DNA of 59,114 nucleotides from a bacterium (GTDB lineage Bacteria; Patescibacteriota; Minisyncoccia; UBA6257; UBA9933): NCBI GenBank assembly GCA_030693235.1, contig JAUYBE010000004.1, positions 1 to 59,114 of the forward strand, read 5' to 3'. Shown piece by piece: positions 56,374 to 59,114 of this stretch (position 1 is its first letter; each line of letters starts with the position of its first letter). The notes under the pieces were generated by a model. It saw only the letters and a program-made list of their open reading frames with translations, ran no database searches and was not told where the DNA came from. The position numbers and the translations under genes were made by a program.

Positions 56374-57291
56374 ATGGAATATTTTTTTCTTTTTATTTTT
56401 GGTCTCGCCGTCGGCAGTTTTTTGAATGTCGTTGCTTTGCGCTATCGGCCAACTTTTAAACTTTTAAACTTTAAAACTTTAAAACTTTATCTGGGCGGCC
56501 GTTCCAAATGTCCGATTTGCCATAAGACATTAGTTTGGTATGAATTAATACCGATTTTCAGTTTTTTAATTCAAAAAGGAAAATGCCGGCACTGCGGCCA
56601 CTTGATTTCTCTTCAATATCCGCTCGTTGAAATCCTTAGCGGCTTGATTTTTGTTTTTGTTCCATTGTCATTGTCATCGTTAATGGTTAATGGTCAATGG
56701 TCAACGGTCATCTGGTTGTTGGTTTTTCTATTGTTTCTCCTGCTTTCAATCATTGACTTCCGCCAGTATATTATTCCCGATTCAATAAATTTATCATTGG
56801 CGGTTTTGGGAATTGTTTTAATATTTTTGGAGGTCGGACTTCCTAATATTAACGTTAATCTTTGGGAAGTCCGACCTCCCCAAATTGATAATTTTTCTTT
56901 TTTTGGGCACTACGCCATGCTTTTTGATTTTTGGCCCTTGTCAATAGTCAATAGTCAATGGTTAATGGTTATGAATCACCTCTTCGCCGCTTTAATCGCT
57001 ATGGCGTTTTTCGGAGCGATTATTTTATTGACTAAAGGCAAAGCCATGGGGGTGGGTGATTTTAAATTAGTCGGCGCCTTGGGTTTGATTTTTGGCTGGC
57101 CGGATATTTTAATGGTTTTGTTTTTGGCTTTTATCATCGGCGCGGTTTTCAGCGTTATTTTATTAATCGGAAAAAAGAAAAAAATCAAAGAAGCGGTTCC
57201 TTTCGGGCCATTTTTGGTTGTCGCTTCGTCTTTAACTTTCTTTTTCGGCTATCAAATTATTGACGGATACTTTAAATTATTTGGATTATGA
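56374..57291 (+). CDS. pilD: prepilin peptidase
   Basis: GSFLNVV, RSKCPxC...CxxC, D..QYIIPD, G.GD.KL, PFGPFL. Confidence 0.95.
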   Translation: MEYFFLFIFGLAVGSFLNVVALRYRPTFKLLNFKTLKLYLGGRSKCPICHKTLVWYELIPIFSFLIQKGKCRHCGHLISLQYPLVEILSGLIFVFVPLSLSSLMVNGQWSTVIWLLVFLLFLLLSIIDFRQYIIPDSINLSLAVLGIVLIFLEVGLPNINVNLWEVRPPQIDNFSFFGHYAMLFDFWPLSIVNSQWLMVMNHLFAALIAMAFFGAIILLTKGKAMGVGDFKLVGALGLIFGWPDILMVLFLAFIIGAVFSVILLIGKKKKIKEAVPFGPFLVVASSLTFFFGYQIIDGYFKLFGL

Positions 57292-57788
57292 ACAAGGCCT
57301 TTACTACGATTGAAATGTTGGTAGTTATCGGCGTTATGGCTTTGATGTCGTCTGTTTTGATGGTTTACGGCCGCGCCGGCGAACGTCAAATAATTCTTTT
57401 TAAAGAACAGGCCAGAATTATCAGCGCTCTTTCTCGCGCCAAATATTTAAGTGTTGCCGCGTTTGGCAAAACCGACATTCCTTGCGGTTACGGCGTTCAT
57501 TTTGAAGCGCCGAGAACGTTTTTGATTTTTAAGGATTTGGCGGTGTCCGGCGATTGCTCGCTGGCGGATAAAAAATATTCCGGAGCCGGTGAAATATTCG
57601 AATCTTTCAATTTGGATTCGGCGGTGGCATTTGATCAGTTAACGCTTTCCGATATTGTTTTTATTCCTCCAAGCCCTTCAGTTGTTATTACTCCCGATCA
57701 AGACCAAGCCGTTATTATTATTAAGATTGTCAATATAGAAAGTTCGGCAACAATTAAAATAAACAGCGCCGGACAAATCAGCAGGTAA
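57288..57788 (+). CDS. minor type IV pilin
   Basis: KA|FTTIEMLVV. Confidence 0.85.
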   Translation: MNKAFTTIEMLVVIGVMALMSSVLMVYGRAGERQIILFKEQARIISALSRAKYLSVAAFGKTDIPCGYGVHFEAPRTFLIFKDLAVSGDCSLADKKYSGAGEIFESFNLDSAVAFDQLTLSDIVFIPPSPSVVITPDQDQAVIIIKIVNIESSATIKINSAGQISR

Positions 57789-57863
57789 TAATAGGTGTTA
57801 GGTTTTAGGTTTTAGGTGTTAGTAAAAAATCACCAAAACCTAAAACCTAAAACCTAAAACCTA

Positions 57864-58373
57864 ATGCCAATACTAAAATCTAAAACCCAAAACCTAAAAC
57901 CTAATTCAGGTCAGCTTATTATCGAATCAATGATCGGCATCAGCATCGCCGTTGTCGGTATTTTAGGAGTCTTAACTCTTCTTTCTCGGTCAATCAGTCT
58001 TAATCGGGTGGTTAGCGATCAATTTACCGGCGCTTATCTCGCGGCCGAAGGCATTGAAATAACGAAAAATCTTATTGACGCCAATATTATTCAATCTAAG
58101 CCTTGGAATCAGGGGTTTTCAAGCGGAAGTTTTGAGGCGGATTATAATAGTACAAATCTGGAGCCAAATCAAAACCGCCAGCTTTTATTTGATTCGGCTA
58201 ATAATATTTATAGTTATGACGCTGGCAATCCGACCAATTTTATCAGAACCGTTAATATTCAGCTTATCGGCTCGGAAGAAATAAAAGTCAATTCTTTAGT
58301 TAAGTGGACAACCAGGGGCGGCGGACAATTTGAAGTCAATCTGGAAGACCATTTTTTTAATTGGAGACCATGA
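57864..58373 (+). CDS. minor pilin (PilV-like)
   Basis: SG|QLIIESMIGI, 'AAEGIE'. Confidence 0.8.
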   Translation: MPILKSKTQNLKPNSGQLIIESMIGISIAVVGILGVLTLLSRSISLNRVVSDQFTGAYLAAEGIEITKNLIDANIIQSKPWNQGFSSGSFEADYNSTNLEPNQNRQLLFDSANNIYSYDAGNPTNFIRTVNIQLIGSEEIKVNSLVKWTTRGGGQFEVNLEDHFFNWRP

Positions 58374-58415
58374 AAATTAGGTGTTAGGTGTTAGTTTTTA
58401 GTTGTTAGTTAAAAT

Positions 58416-58973
58416 ATGAGAAAATTAAAATATAAAAAAGAAAATAACCTAAAACCTAAAACCCAAAACCTAAAAGCTTTCACGATTGTAGAACTTTTAG
58501 TGGCTATGGGCTTGTTTGTGGTTTTAATAGGAATCAGCACCGGCGGTTTTATTAAAGCGCTTCAAACTCAAAAAGCGATTATCAGTTTAATGGAAGCCAA
58601 TGACAATGCCAGCTTGGCTTTGGAACAAATGGCGCGGGAAATTAGAACCGGTTATAATTTCAGCAAAATTTCCGAAACGGAAATTCAATTTGTAAACCAG
58701 CGCAATCAGGTAGTCTGGTATCGGCTTAATGAGGAAACGATTGAACGGGGAACGGAAAAAGAAGGTGTTGTTTCCCAAAGAATTTATAAAAAAATCACCG
58801 CCGATAACGTCAAAATTATGAATTTTAAAGTGGCGCTTTTCGGAAGCAATGTCGGCGACGGTTATCCGCCGCGAATTACCATCAGTCTGTCCGTCGGCCC
58901 CACCGGCAGATATCTTGAGAATGTATTGACCAATATTCAAACAACCATCAGCGCGAGAACATTGGACAGTTAG
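58416..58973 (+). CDS. minor pilin (PilW-like)
   Basis: KA|FTIVELLVAM, 'LEQMAREIR'. Confidence 0.85.
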   Translation: MRKLKYKKENNLKPKTQNLKAFTIVELLVAMGLFVVLIGISTGGFIKALQTQKAIISLMEANDNASLALEQMAREIRTGYNFSKISETEIQFVNQRNQVVWYRLNEETIERGTEKEGVVSQRIYKKITADNVKIMNFKVALFGSNVGDGYPPRITISLSVGPTGRYLENVLTNIQTTISARTLDS

Positions 58974-59011
58974 ATTAGTTTTTAGGTGTTAGGTGTTAGG
59001 TTTTAGAAAAT

Positions 59012-59114
59012 ATGTTAAATTCTTATAAAGAATTAAAAGTTTGGCAGAAATCCATTGATTTGGTTGAAGAGGTTTATATTTTAACCGGTGATTTTCCCAA
59101 AGACGAGACTTATG
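59012..59114 (+). CDS. four-helix-bundle protein (23S rRNA-IVS-like family), truncated by window end
   Basis: Own translation MLNSYKELKVWQKSIDLVEEVYILTGDFPKDETY matches the family N-terminus. Confidence 0.85.
   Translation, partial: MLNSYKELKVWQKSIDLVEEVYILTGDFPKDETY

Noticed and set aside
450-58940. Numerous 60-150-aa antisense or alternate-frame ORFs in the track (e.g. 450-860, 21638-22081, 23992-24312, 47389-47754, 58587-58940)
   Set aside because: They lie within well-supported genes, lack recognisable motifs and are expected shadows.
55850-58973. Additional DGR targets among the other pilins
   Set aside because: None carries a sequence resembling TR or a CLec C-terminus.
59012-59114. 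Second Avd/DGR at the window end
   Set aside because: The sequence matches the generic four-helix-bundle (IVS-like) family (KELKVWQKS), and no TR or RT is visible in the window.

Overview
A 59-kb low-GC chromosomal segment (standard genetic code, TGA = stop). Gene content, streamlined enzymes and the VirB4/pilin and type IV pilus clusters point to a Patescibacteria/CPR (Parcubacteria-like) bacterium; that taxonomy is inference. The backbone is housekeeping: pyrG, holA, infB, rbfA, valS, gyrB, secE-nusG-rplK, gatB, miaA, thrS, dnaE, rnhB, mreC, pheT and four tRNAs. Four accessory layers stand out. (1) At 26.5-35.1 kb, a short IntI-like tyrosine recombinase LACKING the integron-specific insertion sits divergent from eight co-oriented gene cassettes. 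The cassettes are separated by attC-like AAC...GTT sites (76-197 bp) that share a non-canonical branched fold with a conserved CCCAAAT linker. Most cassettes are also bracketed by their own inverted-repeat 'shell', and one shell is reused for unrelated genes. This is the best candidate for an undescribed system. (2) At 44.3-48.1 kb, a complete diversity-generating retroelement (target-VR, Avd, TR, RT) diversifies a type IV pilin/C-type-lectin-fold protein beside the comF-pilMNO-pilBTC-pilD cluster. A GIY-YIG nuclease is inserted inside the DGR. (3) At 12.7-13.8 kb, two tandem '5-prime tRNA fragment - endonuclease - intact tRNA of the same isotype' units. (4) Several palindromic and heptamer repeat families are inserted in frame into essential genes, and two of them flank small nuclease-like genes (GxxExxY, GIY-YIG). 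All family calls are by eye from motifs; no searches were run.
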